From a virus, in the IMG/VR virus record IMGVR_UViG_3300022188_000006, positions 1 to 64,000 of that record: a stretch of DNA of 64,000 nt; one strand, written 5' to 3'. Below the pieces are notes generated by a model that saw only the letters and a list, made by a program, of their open reading frames with translations, searched no databases and was not told where the DNA came from. Shown here piece after piece: positions 9,037 through 18,352 of the stretch. Position 1 is the first letter of the stretch. Every line of letters begins with the position of its first letter. A program made the position numbers and the translations under genes.

Positions 9037-10254
9037 TCAGCTGAAATCGCTGCTCGTGAGGCGCAGCACCCGGCACCATTCCGGTGGATCATCAAACCTG
9101 TTGCTGAGGGCTACTATCCCGTGCCGCTTCTGTGTATCAGAGTCGCGGTCATTCAAGACGACAGCCATGGTTGGAGCAAACGGAATATCCGGCCAGGGGG
9201 TCTCGCCGTCAGTCAGAAAGATGACGGCATCGACCCGGGGCGTGTTGTTCCGCGCCCATTCGTAAGCCTCAGCCATGTCTGTGCCGCCGAGACCTTTCCA
9301 CTCAATCTTCTTCCAGTCTCCGCGCCGGTAGCGGGGAACGAAGCCTTGAAAGCCTGCATCCCACAGGACCATGGAGACTCGGACACGATACAGCAGATGC
9401 TCCAGAACGCCGAAGAAATGCGGAACAAGGTTGGATGTGCTGCCGGAAGTGTCGGCTATTACGAGCACCTTCGCAGCATGCCTGTGACTGATCCCCTTTG
9501 CTCCGAAAGCGTGGTTACGCCTACTGGCGCGCGAGTAGGTCGTTCTACGGCCGCCACAAGCACGTCCGACAAACGTCCTGAGACTCGAAGCAAGATCCAC
9601 TCGCGGGCGCCTCAGTTCCTCTATGACCGCCGCAAGATGTCCCGGCACTTCTCCGCGGCTCAGTTGGGTGGCCTCATCGACCAGTTCCTTGATCAGCTGC
9701 CGGGCTTCCTCGGGCATCAGATCGCACTCATCCCAGTCGTTATGATTGTCCATACTGACCAGTGTGATACTGATTCCACCGTCCATCAGCTTCTCATAGA
9801 AGTACTCGGCAGTTTCGTCCGCGGGCCAGTCTTCCGGTATCGTAATACCAGGAAGCACATCCAGCACCGAAACGTCAGCGTCAAGTTCATGGTCCCTCAC
9901 GCTGATTCGTATGTCATTCGCGGGGCCGTTCACGGCCATGTCTGTAGCGATAAACCAGGGCATCCTTACCTTGCCGGCACCCCTGAATGGGTGCATCCTG
10001 ACGAGGTGCTCGATCTCGTGCTTGATGAGGCTCATGAGGTGGGTAACGCGCATCCCCTCTAAAGCCTTCGGGTTGTAGCGCAGACGCACGCCGCCGTTTC
10101 TCTTGACAGTGACACCCATTGTACGGCAGTTCTCAGGAGAATCCAGCATCTCGCTGGCTACCCACTGCATGCGCAGCGTGAAAGCACCATACCACGGCTC
10201 ATTGGTCAGAAGCCGCGACCTGGCCTTTACCAGCTTTTCGCTTACAGACGACAC
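9037..10254 (-). CDS. HExxH metallopeptidase-like + VWA domain protein (DUF2201-like)
   Basis: KHEIEH, ATDMAVN, DTSGS MIDAS, GGTD, FLTDG. Confidence 0.88.
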   Translation of the reverse strand: MSSVSEKLVKARSRLLTNEPWYGAFTLRMQWVASEMLDSPENCRTMGVTVKRNGGVRLRYNPKALEGMRVTHLMSLIKHEIEHLVRMHPFRGAGKVRMPWFIATDMAVNGPANDIRISVRDHELDADVSVLDVLPGITIPEDWPADETAEYFYEKLMDGGISITLVSMDNHNDWDECDLMPEEARQLIKELVDEATQLSRGEVPGHLAAVIEELRRPRVDLASSLRTFVGRACGGRRTTYSRASRRNHAFGAKGISHRHAAKVLVIADTSGSTSNLVPHFFGVLEHLLYRVRVSMVLWDAGFQGFVPRYRRGDWKKIEWKGLGGTDMAEAYEWARNNTPRVDAVIFLTDGETPWPDIPFAPTMAVVLNDRDSDTQKRHGIVALSNRFDDPPEWCRVLRLTSSDFS

Positions 10255-10259
10255 GAATC

Positions 10260-11531
10260 CTATTCCTCCCAGGAAACATTGGTGAGCAACTCTCTCAGCC
10301 TATCGTGATTGAGCATTTTCCGGAACAGACCCTCGGACTCGCGGTCTCTTATCGCCTTGTCATAGAGCTTGGCCATGTGCTTGTTCGTGAGGGCATTCGT
10401 CCTGAGCTGGGTGGCACTCGCGCTTTCGTCCGGCTGACTGATGATGCTTCGGCAGAAGGCGACCGCTAGGTCTCGGTCAACAACACCGCCAGCGAGCAGG
10501 ACCGCGAAATCCAGGGCAACCTTGTCGGCGCGTTCATCCTTGTTGATGCGTTCCTTCAGGTAAGAGACAAGCCCCCACATGAGACCGACAACCTGACCTC
10601 GGTTCAGACCCTTGATGGTCTCCTCGTGCCTGGCAACGCCGTCCTGCAGAAGCTGGCTGGGAAGAATCGGCGAGCTATAGTTCTTATAGGAGTGCGCCGT
10701 TTCCAAGCCGACGAGGCCGGAGATGACGTTGAAGATGTCGTCGTCGCTGAACCCATGCTGCTTGCCGACAAGCTCAGCCTTGATGACGTTTTCCCAGGAA
10801 CGCCTTGACGGAGTGATACTGAAGTTCAACTCAGCTTTCACGTCGCCGTCGAGATACCGAAGCTCCTGCGCCGTGAACTGGACAGCGCGCACGGCAGCGT
10901 CTCCATAGATCCCTGCCATATGCTGTGACCATTCCGCAAACGTCGGCTCGCCCGGGGACAGGATCATATGGCAGAACCTGTCGATAAAGGCGGGGTCATT
11001 GAAAGTGTTCACGATGTAGTCGGCATCGGCGAAGTTTCCGGCACAGGCGACAGACCAGCCGTCAGGCAGGGCGTTTAACCCGATACGCCGGTCCCACACC
11101 AGCTGAAACACCGCCTGCAACACGTCGTCTTCGGCCCTGTTGGGCTCATCGAGAAAAACGATTCCTTCCTTCAGAAGAGGCTGGCAACGAACCCTGATTC
11201 TGCTGCGCTCCTCCGGCGCAGCCTCGTCCAGTTGCTTCTGATACTCCTCCCAGGTCATGGTCGCGCTCGGAAATTCCTCCGGAGGAAGGAAACGTGTTCG
11301 ATCACGCACAGTGTCACGGTCAGCAATACCCCGGACGTCGGACGCCTCGCACTGCCCGAGCCTGAAGTCCACAATTCCCAGGTGATGCTCCTCACCCAGC
11401 TGGTAGATGATGGAAGACTTGCCAATGCCATGCACACCCCAGATGAACGGAGTCACACCGATGTGCCGACACAGCATAATGGCGCGCTTCAACTCGGAGA
11501 TTGTCATAGCTGCTTTCCTTTCGTGCTTCAT
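10260..11531 (-). CDS. MoxR-like AAA+ ATPase
   Basis: Walker A GVHGIGKS, Walker B FLDEPNR, AGN, DPAFIDRF, PSRRSW. Confidence 0.9.
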   Translation of the reverse strand: MKHERKAAMTISELKRAIMLCRHIGVTPFIWGVHGIGKSSIIYQLGEEHHLGIVDFRLGQCEASDVRGIADRDTVRDRTRFLPPEEFPSATMTWEEYQKQLDEAAPEERSRIRVRCQPLLKEGIVFLDEPNRAEDDVLQAVFQLVWDRRIGLNALPDGWSVACAGNFADADYIVNTFNDPAFIDRFCHMILSPGEPTFAEWSQHMAGIYGDAAVRAVQFTAQELRYLDGDVKAELNFSITPSRRSWENVIKAELVGKQHGFSDDDIFNVISGLVGLETAHSYKNYSSPILPSQLLQDGVARHEETIKGLNRGQVVGLMWGLVSYLKERINKDERADKVALDFAVLLAGGVVDRDLAVAFCRSIISQPDESASATQLRTNALTNKHMAKLYDKAIRDRESEGLFRKMLNHDRLRELLTNVSWEE

Positions 11532-11573
11532 ATCTTTCTAAGCCGACATACCTAGCGCACGAAAGGTCTGATT

Positions 11574-12527
11574 TCAACCAGTTTTGCCCGACTTGTACGA
11601 ACAGTGGCCAGATGCCTTATCCCCATCGGTAAAGCGACGGTCCGCAAGCATCTGTGCTTGTCTCTCAGCCTCTGCAGCCAGTTCGTCGACCGAGGACTCG
11701 TTCTCGACCTTGATGTCGTCCGGTCTCGGGACATATTGCTCACTCACGTGAGAGGGAGGCAAACATTCACCGACAGCCTCGGCTCTCTTGGCACGAAGGT
11801 CTTCTTTGCACTCGACAAAGAAGCACACATCCATCCGGTCCCGCTCATTGTCGTGCCGGACATCGGAAGCGATAACAATGGCCTGGGATCCCTCAGCACG
11901 CTCGGAGAACTCTGCACAATTTTTCTCCCACTGCTTTACCCAAAAATCCTCGTCGTACTCCCGTCCAAGCTGCCCGAGCGTTTGCAAGAAGCGTCGGCCT
12001 TTTTCGTCCTTCTTGCCGTCCCACCCCATTTCTCGGGCCATCTGCTTCAACGGATCCGCGAATGCTATCACGGCCACTGACAGGTTCGTTTTATCGGCTA
12101 AAGCGCAAGCCAAAACCTTCGCGAAGGAATCCTTTCCGCTGTAGGCCAGGCCAGCCGCGCCTACCTTAAACACCGGCAATCTGGAACCGGGATCTCGCGG
12201 AACATCGTCATAGGCGTGATAAGCTCGCAGCAGATGTCCGAAACGGGACTCAATGGCGTGAGGATCGACAAATATCCGACAGTTGGGCTGGGCTCCGCGC
12301 AACGTCAGGCTGTTCCAGTCAAAATTCCCCGGCGTATTAGTAGCTTCGAACTTGACACCTAGCTGTTCGGCATCGCGTTCTCCAAACTGCCGGCGAAGCT
12401 GATCAGCCTCTCTTTGCGAAGAAGCCAGTACATATACCGCACAGCCGCTTCTGGCAGCCACCCTCGCCTCTTCTAACATGCGTGAAGTTCTGCCGGTGCG
12501 CCAGAACCGCTCAAGTGGATCATTCAT
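11574..12527 (-). CDS. deoxynucleoside monophosphate kinase with an extra N-terminal domain
   Basis: GLAYSGKDS, FADPLK, RRFLQTLG, FWVK, SDVRHDNE, HVSE. Confidence 0.85.
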   Translation of the reverse strand: MNDPLERFWRTGRTSRMLEEARVAARSGCAVYVLASSQREADQLRRQFGERDAEQLGVKFEATNTPGNFDWNSLTLRGAQPNCRIFVDPHAIESRFGHLLRAYHAYDDVPRDPGSRLPVFKVGAAGLAYSGKDSFAKVLACALADKTNLSVAVIAFADPLKQMAREMGWDGKKDEKGRRFLQTLGQLGREYDEDFWVKQWEKNCAEFSERAEGSQAIVIASDVRHDNERDRMDVCFFVECKEDLRAKRAEAVGECLPPSHVSEQYVPRPDDIKVENESSVDELAAEAERQAQMLADRRFTDGDKASGHCSYKSGKTG

Positions 12528-12536
12528 GTTGCCCCC

Positions 12537-13019
12537 TCATCTGCTTTCGTCCATATCTACTTGACTGTCCGGCGCTTTCGGAACGAACATGTACCTCGTT
12601 CCTGCGGTAATCACTACGTAACCACCATCATAATTCTTGATGGTCAGACAATCAGATGACGGGTCGCTCCCATCTAGTACGACGACAGTATCGCCGATGT
12701 GAACATTCACCGGGTGCACCGATGTGCTCCCTGCTTTACGGACCGTTGCCTCTTTGAAGAGTCGCGGAAGAGTCAAATCAACAGGACCGCTGCTGGTATC
12801 AATTTCGTAGTCAGTTTCCTGTTCTGCCAAATTCCTGCCGTGCTCGTCGCGGGCTTCCAGGTCTCCCCTTATCAACAGGTCATGACAAACATGCCCAACC
12901 TCGATGAGACCAAGATCCAAAGCGCCTGCAATGTCAAGTGCATCGGCCCCGGGACGCTTCTTGATGAAGTCCAACACCTTTTGCCTGAGTTCGTCCTGAT
13001 TCACTTTGTTCCTATACAA
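12537..13019 (-). CDS. winged-helix domain protein
   Basis: VLDFIKKRPGADALDIAGALDLGLIEV. Confidence 0.55.
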   Translation of the reverse strand: MYRNKVNQDELRQKVLDFIKKRPGADALDIAGALDLGLIEVGHVCHDLLIRGDLEARDEHGRNLAEQETDYEIDTSSGPVDLTLPRLFKEATVRKAGSTSVHPVNVHIGDTVVVLDGSDPSSDCLTIKNYDGGYVVITAGTRYMFVPKAPDSQVDMDESR

Positions 13020-13326
13020 GCAGTCGCACCATAGCCGCGATTGTTTCTAAGAGATGTTCCCTTCTGACGTGCGGCCCACGAAAAACCTTGCCAGAACCGC
13101 TAACTGTCGCAAGGCGCACGACCGGATGTCCGTCATCATCAACTGAGGCTGTGACGCGCAGGTGCTTCGATACTTGGATATACTGATTCCCGGCGCCATC
13201 CGTCTCAACAGGATGCTGCTCCTCCCGAACTGCGTAACCGATCAGGTCCATCGTTGTCCTCCTATTTCCGCGCGAGCCTATTCCCGCGGTGATAGAAGAA
13301 CGAACTGGGACGCGAAAATCCTCCAA
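13012..13326 (-). CDS. hypothetical protein
   Basis: ORF in operon. Confidence 0.5.
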   Translation of the reverse strand: MEDFRVPVRSSITAGIGSRGNRRTTMDLIGYAVREEQHPVETDGAGNQYIQVSKHLRVTASVDDDGHPVVRLATVSGSGKVFRGPHVRREHLLETIAAMVRLLV

Positions 13327-13341
13327 AAACCTGAGAAAAAG

Positions 13342-14010
13342 TTATTCGATGCTAATGTCGTCGAAGACAACCGATACGTTTTCCTGAAGCTGCCTGAGCA
13401 CCATGCCCATCAGCTCCCGGATTTGCGGATGGGCGCGCTTGTTTTCTGCGCGTAGTTTCAGGATATGACGCCAAGCCCGGAAATTCGCGGTCATGGCAAT
13501 TTCTGTCTTGAGGCAGGTCGGAAGCACTGAACGCGCGAACTGCGGCGTGGACCGTTTTCGCAGCAGCTCCATGTACGCTTTTTCTGCACAGCGCACCGAC
13601 TGCTCCCAGGTTTCCGGCTCCACAAAACCTCCGGACGGAGCAATTACAGTAATCTCGCCCTGCGTCCCATAGTTGCAGTAGCGGGTTGATTCCTGCGAGT
13701 ATGCTACTCCGATCCTGTGCCGGACAATCTCGTGGCTGATTCCGCGGTCAGTAATAAGGAGGAACGTTGCCGAAGCGTGCTCAAGGACGGATTCGTGACC
13801 ACTGCGGATAAGTTTTCGAACGAACATCGAGGCTCTGTTCAAACAGTCAGAGCAAACCGAGCCATCCTCCAACTGCCCATTGTGACAACCGGAAACGCCA
13901 CAGTCCAGTCGTTCTTCACTCTTGTAGCAAACGCGCCCGCACCGCTCAATAAGAAAGAGGGCGTCTGGCGTGACAGACAGAAGCTTTGCTTCCTGCGACA
14001 TGATTCGCAT
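13342..14010 (-). CDS. thyX: FAD-dependent thymidylate synthase
   Basis: GHESVLEH, HEIVRHR...SQESTRY, ARSVLP, NFRAWRH, AHPQIR. Confidence 0.95.
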   Translation of the reverse strand: MRIMSQEAKLLSVTPDALFLIERCGRVCYKSEERLDCGVSGCHNGQLEDGSVCSDCLNRASMFVRKLIRSGHESVLEHASATFLLITDRGISHEIVRHRIGVAYSQESTRYCNYGTQGEITVIAPSGGFVEPETWEQSVRCAEKAYMELLRKRSTPQFARSVLPTCLKTEIAMTANFRAWRHILKLRAENKRAHPQIRELMGMVLRQLQENVSVVFDDISIE

Positions 14011-14170
14011 GTAGTCTGTTCCTATTTCGCTATAAAAGCCTATAACGATGCAACGGCAGCAGCGTCACTGCCGCAGGCCGGAACCGGCAACACACGAGAG
14101 AAAGATCCCCCGCGCTCCATTGTAGTCACGGTCGATATCGACTTGACAGTTCTTACATCTGAACCGTTTC
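14000..14170 (-). ncRNA. predicted TnpB omega-RNA (scaffold overlapping the tnpB 3' end, plus flanking guide)
   Basis: Expected position by analogy to other TnpB elements; GC-rich hairpin potential (GCGGCAGTGACGCTGCTGC); boundaries approximate. Confidence 0.5.
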
Positions 14171-15489
14171 CTACCGCCTACCTCCTGAACATGTCCACAG
14201 TAACTACAAGTTTTTGACGTGTATGCCTCATTCACGAAGTAAACCTTTGCACCGTACATCTCGGCAGCATGCTGCAATATCTGTTTGAAACGGAAGAACG
14301 CAAAAGACAGCATCGACCTCACAGTCTTCCTGCGTATCTTCCTAGTAGTGCGGCATGACATCTGCTTCGTCTCGAACGTAGGCATATAGATCACGTCAAA
14401 CCTAGTGACTAGGAACACGGCAGCTTTCCAGTGAAGATCGTTAATCAAATCCTTCACCTTCCAACGCATCCTCATCAGTGCTTTTCGCATCCTATATCTG
14501 CGCCTGGCTGTCGTCTTCGACATCCGCCCAAGTAGGTCATCTATGCGGAGGCACAAACGAACAATGCGCTGAAAAGCCTGTTCCCCAATCTTCCCGTGCG
14601 TCTGCTCAGAGTAGTAGGTCAGAAACGTCCTGACGCCCGGATCAAGCGCCACACAAGGCTGCCTTGGTTCTCGGACTTGCTTGCGTGGCATTTTTACCGG
14701 GACTATCAAAAAGTATCGACCGGACTCGCACACCAACTTCGTTCCTTCCAATCGGTCCTCCTTTCCGGGAAGGGGCTCGTAACCATGAAACTCAATTGAA
14801 TGCTTTCCCTTGAAAATACTCCCTTCGCCTAATGATTTTTTATCAAAGGCGAAACGCTGTCTGATGTCCTTCCGGCTACGGAAGGATAAACGTTGATAAC
14901 CGGCACCTTGGAAGCATTTCTTCTTGGCAGCCTTGGTCGCCCGTAAAGCATCATCCACAGCCCACAGGCGCACTCTTTGTGGGCAATCAAAAGCCCACTC
15001 AGGGTGCTCTTTCTCAAGCAGCACTTTAAGGACGTAACTGCCCGTCCCCGGACACTTGTCCACTGTCCGTAAATACTCAACGGCCTGATTGTACCAGTAC
15101 CGCGAAAGGCCGAAATACTTACGAGCCTTTCTTCTTGCGCTTGCCGTGAGGAAGACTCTTATCTTTCGACACCTTTGTAGCGTACTTTCTGAGTCCGTAC
15201 AGACGGCAGGAGAAGACGTGAATGATGCTGATAAGGTCGGCAGTAAGCTCCTGCGCTGGTGAAAGTTGTGTGTCGTCGAGTACCACGATTTCAGTACCGT
15301 GATAGGACGCAACACGGCGGAACATCTCAAATCCGAACCGGCACAACCTGTCTTTGTGCGCGACAACAACTCGCGCGACTTCTCCGCGCAGGATTGCGTC
15401 CAGTAAGGCGTTAAAGCCTTTCCTCTTCCAGTTAAGCCCTGAGCCGATGTCTTTGATGATTTCATAATTTGGGAACGCCTCCTGGACAA
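14065..15489 (-). CDS. tnpB: RNA-guided nuclease TnpB (IS607, pro-Fanzor-type); true start uncertain
   Basis: ALDPGVRTF, VNEAYTSKTCSYCG, CKNC, DRDYNGARGI. Confidence 0.9.
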   Translation of the reverse strand: MSRRRSQIMKSSKTSAQGLTGRGKALTPYWTQSCAEKSRELLSRTKTGCAGSDLRCSAVLRPITVLKSWYSTTHNFHQRRSLLPTLSASFTSSPAVCTDSESTLQRCRKIRVFLTASARRKARKYFGLSRYWYNQAVEYLRTVDKCPGTGSYVLKVLLEKEHPEWAFDCPQRVRLWAVDDALRATKAAKKKCFQGAGYQRLSFRSRKDIRQRFAFDKKSLGEGSIFKGKHSIEFHGYEPLPGKEDRLEGTKLVCESGRYFLIVPVKMPRKQVREPRQPCVALDPGVRTFLTYYSEQTHGKIGEQAFQRIVRLCLRIDDLLGRMSKTTARRRYRMRKALMRMRWKVKDLINDLHWKAAVFLVTRFDVIYMPTFETKQMSCRTTRKIRRKTVRSMLSFAFFRFKQILQHAAEMYGAKVYFVNEAYTSKTCSYCGHVQEVGGRKRFRCKNCQVDIDRDYNGARGIFLSCVAGSGLRQ

Positions 15490-15706
15490 ACCGTACTTGT
15501 GACCTTAGATCATCTTTTTGCGAGGCTGAGCTTACCCTGCAATAACATATATACCTTCTTGCTCCTTTGTTAAAAGAAGATAGCTTAAACAGCCTTTGTC
15601 CGCTAGGAGTACGGACTGACTCTATCTTACCTGTATCCGCCCACTTTCGTAGTGTGGGGGCGGATACCCCAAAAAACTCTTTTGCCTTGCGTAATGGAAC
15701 AAACAT
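15119..15706 (-). CDS. tnpA: IS607 transposase (MerR-like HTH + serine recombinase)
   Basis: TLRKWADTGKI...RTPSGQR; YCRVSSASQKDDL; DIGSGLN; KDRLCRFGFE; FSCRLYGLR. Confidence 0.95.
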   Translation of the reverse strand: MFVPLRKAKEFFGVSAPTLRKWADTGKIESVRTPSGQRLFKLSSFNKGARRYICYCRVSSASQKDDLRSQVRFVQEAFPNYEIIKDIGSGLNWKRKGFNALLDAILRGEVARVVVAHKDRLCRFGFEMFRRVASYHGTEIVVLDDTQLSPAQELTADLISIIHVFSCRLYGLRKYATKVSKDKSLPHGKRKKKGS

Positions 15707-15712
15707 AAGCGT

Positions 15713-15741
15713 GTTATACTCTTTTACAGTGTTCCCGTCAA
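15713..15741 (-). promoter_or_regulatory. tnpA promoter TTGACG-N17-TATAAC, probably leaderless
   Basis: Consensus hexamers; the ATG lies 6 nt after the -10 with no RBS. Confidence 0.7.
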
Positions 15742-15771
15742 TAGTTACCCTCCTCTCCTGGCAAGCTACCT

Positions 15772-16260
15772 TTAATCGCGCGCGTCAAGTATTGTTTGAT
15801 CCTGTTGTGCGACTGGCACCTTCTGTTTTAACCACTGAAGGATCTCATTCAAATCCTCTGTGAGCAAGTCGGCGACCTTGTACATCAGATCCGGGCGCGC
15901 TGGGCCGTCCATGAGTATAGCAGTGGGCTTTCCGCCACCAGCCACAAACCCCAGTTCCAGATGGGCGCTGTTCCCTGAGGGCAAAAGAAGAACACAAACA
16001 TCGGCAGCACCAAGATACAGCAGGTCACGCCCGAAGCCGGCCGTGGCCTCGGGGTGCGCCAGCACCTTCGACATCTGCTCCGCGGACATGGGGTCATCGG
16101 AGGCATCGGCCTTTTCCCAGGAAAAGCCTTCATGGCGGTAGTCATACACGCGGAAACCAGCTGCCCGGATAGCGGACACAACCTCCGGATGTCGCTTGTT
16201 TTGCCATGAGGAGGCAAGATACACTAGCCCGCTTCCGTACCTCACAATTTCTTCGGTCAC
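15772..16260 (-). CDS. nucleoside 2-deoxyribosyltransferase-like protein
   Basis: VYLASSWQN, ADVCVLLLPSGNSAHLELG, DLMY. Confidence 0.8.
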   Translation of the reverse strand: MTEEIVRYGSGLVYLASSWQNKRHPEVVSAIRAAGFRVYDYRHEGFSWEKADASDDPMSAEQMSKVLAHPEATAGFGRDLLYLGAADVCVLLLPSGNSAHLELGFVAGGGKPTAILMDGPARPDLMYKVADLLTEDLNEILQWLKQKVPVAQQDQTILDARD

Positions 16261-16509
16261 GCTTTCGCCTTTCTTTTTGTAGCCCTTTCCTCGCAGAAAT
16301 CCTTCAATTTGTCCAGCGACTTCAGGGCCATTCCGATTACACAGGTTGGCCTGTGATGTACGTCTTCGGGCAACCATCCTCGTCCATTGCAGATGGTGCA
16401 CCGGATCGGCTGCGCATCGCCGCCGACCAGCATACTGACACCGGTAAACCCCCGCTTGTGAATCAACCTCAGGGCGGCACCCGGGAATACCAGCTTTCGA
16501 CTTCTCCTG

Positions 16510-16770
16510 TTAAGTACGCCACCAGGCCATGAAAAGAAATGCGGCTGCATCCAGCAACTCGCGGGATTTGTCGTTTGGACGCTTCGCGTGTTCGGCGTCC
16601 TCTATCTGTATCTTGGCGCGTTCCAGTGCTTCAGGAAAGTTCTGCCAGCCGCGCTTGCCGCGACGGACACCGTCGAACATGCGCGCCTTGAGAGCTTGGT
16701 GGAATCTGTCCAGAGCCCAATCCAATTCGGCGGCTTCACTGTATTCGTGCTGATAGTTAGGAAGCGGCAT
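16510..16770 (-). CDS. hypothetical phage protein
   Basis: GKRGW...LLDAAAFLFMAW helical pattern. Confidence 0.6.
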   Translation of the reverse strand: MPLPNYQHEYSEAAELDWALDRFHQALKARMFDGVRRGKRGWQNFPEALERAKIQIEDAEHAKRPNDKSRELLDAAAFLFMAWWRT

Positions 16771-17152
16771 CTGTCTTCTCCAGCTTTTCTGCGACATCAT
16801 CTAAGAAACCGTCGATATCTATGCCCAACTCGACAAGCAAGCGCGTGACTTTTTGACTGTCACCAAACAAGCGCCTGCATTCCTCTTTTGCGTACCGTGC
16901 GGCCTCCTCGCCTCCAACACCGGAAATGGCATAGAGATGCGTGATACGGCGAAAATGCTCCATGACTAGGGCTTCTCGGAGCATGGACATGCCCTTCCGC
17001 CACTTTTCCCGTTGCTCTTCTCCCCTGACAACTCGGATACAACGAGAGCCTATACAATCCAGCAAGTCGATCGCTGTAGAAATGAAGCGACACTCGCTGA
17101 CGACCTTCTGCTCGACCTCTGCAACTACGTTGGATTTCTCTGACATTCTCAT
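16757..17152 (-). CDS. hypothetical protein
   Basis: Coupled ORF. Confidence 0.6.
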   Translation of the reverse strand: MRMSEKSNVVAEVEQKVVSECRFISTAIDLLDCIGSRCIRVVRGEEQREKWRKGMSMLREALVMEHFRRITHLYAISGVGGEEAARYAKEECRRLFGDSQKVTRLLVELGIDIDGFLDDVAEKLEKTDAAS

Positions 17153-17802
17153 GCTCCAAGAAGAAATTTTGCGGCGTCCCCGGCCAGTTTGTACCGACCA
17201 AGATCTAGAGCGACAAGCCCCTTTTCCATAAGCTTCTGGAGTGTTTGCTTGTAAACGTCTGGCATCTCGGTTTCACCAGAAGGAATCTCGCTCAAATAGA
17301 GCATCATGAGCACGTTCATTTCACCGTAGCTCAGGCGGTAGTCAATGAGTTCTACTTCGAAAGCGTTGAACACCCTAGCCGCCCTAACCCATTTTTCTAT
17401 TTCCTTGCCGGAAAGCCACTCTTGCTTCTGTACTGAAACCAGCCTGTACGTCACTCCAGACTCGCTCGCAATACCGATCAGCTTTACTCGCTGGCCTTCC
17501 TTTATGACACAATCGCGCTGCCAGCCGTTCTCGACATTTCTGATGCGCATCTCGTCCAAGAGACCAAGCGCGTTCAGCATTGCCTTCGAGAGATGCTTGG
17601 TATACATAAAAACCGGACCGTTCCCGTAGTCGCTGGGATCGCCATAACCGGGTGCCGTCAAGACAAGGCGATCAGCGGTGTATCTCCTGACCTCGGCCCT
17701 GTCGAACGGCAGACGCTCGTGATAGACGGCAAAATCCTGCGACCAGGAGACATCACCGAGAGCTTGCAACCCGGACAGAATTATACCTGTCGTGTCGGCC
17801 AT
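17149..17802 (-). CDS. hypothetical protein with C-terminal winged-helix-like segment
   Basis: TLQKLMEKGLVALDLGRYKL; GGAGG RBS. Confidence 0.6.
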   Translation of the reverse strand: MADTTGIILSGLQALGDVSWSQDFAVYHERLPFDRAEVRRYTADRLVLTAPGYGDPSDYGNGPVFMYTKHLSKAMLNALGLLDEMRIRNVENGWQRDCVIKEGQRVKLIGIASESGVTYRLVSVQKQEWLSGKEIEKWVRAARVFNAFEVELIDYRLSYGEMNVLMMLYLSEIPSGETEMPDVYKQTLQKLMEKGLVALDLGRYKLAGDAAKFLLGA

Positions 17803-17843
17803 AATCGTTCCTCCTGCTGACTAAGCGCCCAGTTACTGGTGTT

Positions 17844-18062
17844 TCAACTGTGGTAGTGAGCAATCAGCCAGTAGATAACGTAGAACCAGCCAAGTATTCC
17901 ATGGAGAAAGGCATAGAGGAACGATTGGTTCACTTTCCAACTGAGGATAATGGCCAGGAAAGCGCCAAGGGTAAAACCGCCGCAACCCGATGCACCACTG
18001 CTGCTGGTCCCTTCGTTTTTGTCTATCATTCCCGCCGCGCGAATGTCCATGCTCATGCTCAT
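17844..18062 (-). CDS. small membrane protein
   Basis: Two hydrophobic helices (LAIILSW..., HGILGWFYVIYW). Confidence 0.7.
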   Translation of the reverse strand: MSMSMDIRAAGMIDKNEGTSSSGASGCGGFTLGAFLAIILSWKVNQSFLYAFLHGILGWFYVIYWLIAHYHS

Positions 18063-18349
18063 TCCCTCACAAGATGTTCCTCAAGATAGCGTTTCTGTTT
18101 CAATGGCGTCAAACAAAGAGTGTCGTCCGGACAGCTGAAAAGGTAGTTAGCTAAATCGGCGACCGCTTCCTTGAGTTCAGGAATGGCTTCGGCTTCCGAC
18201 ATTGAATACGCAAACTCCAGCAATTCTGGAATCTCGTAGATTGTTTCCCCGTTGTCATAAGCAGCCTCGATTGCAATCGGCTTCAACACCTTAAAACCTG
18301 GAAGCTCGTCAATCCAGGCCACGATCCTCCTGCCTGCTGCCTCGCCCAC
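18059..18349 (-). CDS. HicB-like small protein
   Basis: YEIPELLEFAYSMSEAEAIPELKEAV. Confidence 0.45.
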   Translation of the reverse strand: MGEAAGRRIVAWIDELPGFKVLKPIAIEAAYDNGETIYEIPELLEFAYSMSEAEAIPELKEAVADLANYLFSCPDDTLCLTPLKQKRYLEEHLVRE

Positions 18350-18352
18350 GGC

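Larger units (their letters stand above)
14021..15750 (-). mobile_element. IS607-family insertion sequence (tnpA + tnpB)
   Basis: Serine-recombinase TnpA plus TnpB; GG at both putative ends; imperfect subterminal inverted repeat 14030-14046 / 15713-15729 (14 of 17 nt match). Confidence 0.88.

Noticed and set aside
8908-10062. 384-aa plus-strand ORF (and similar ones at 6591, 21527, 29382, 33848)
   Set aside because: Antisense to well-supported minus-strand genes; no motifs.
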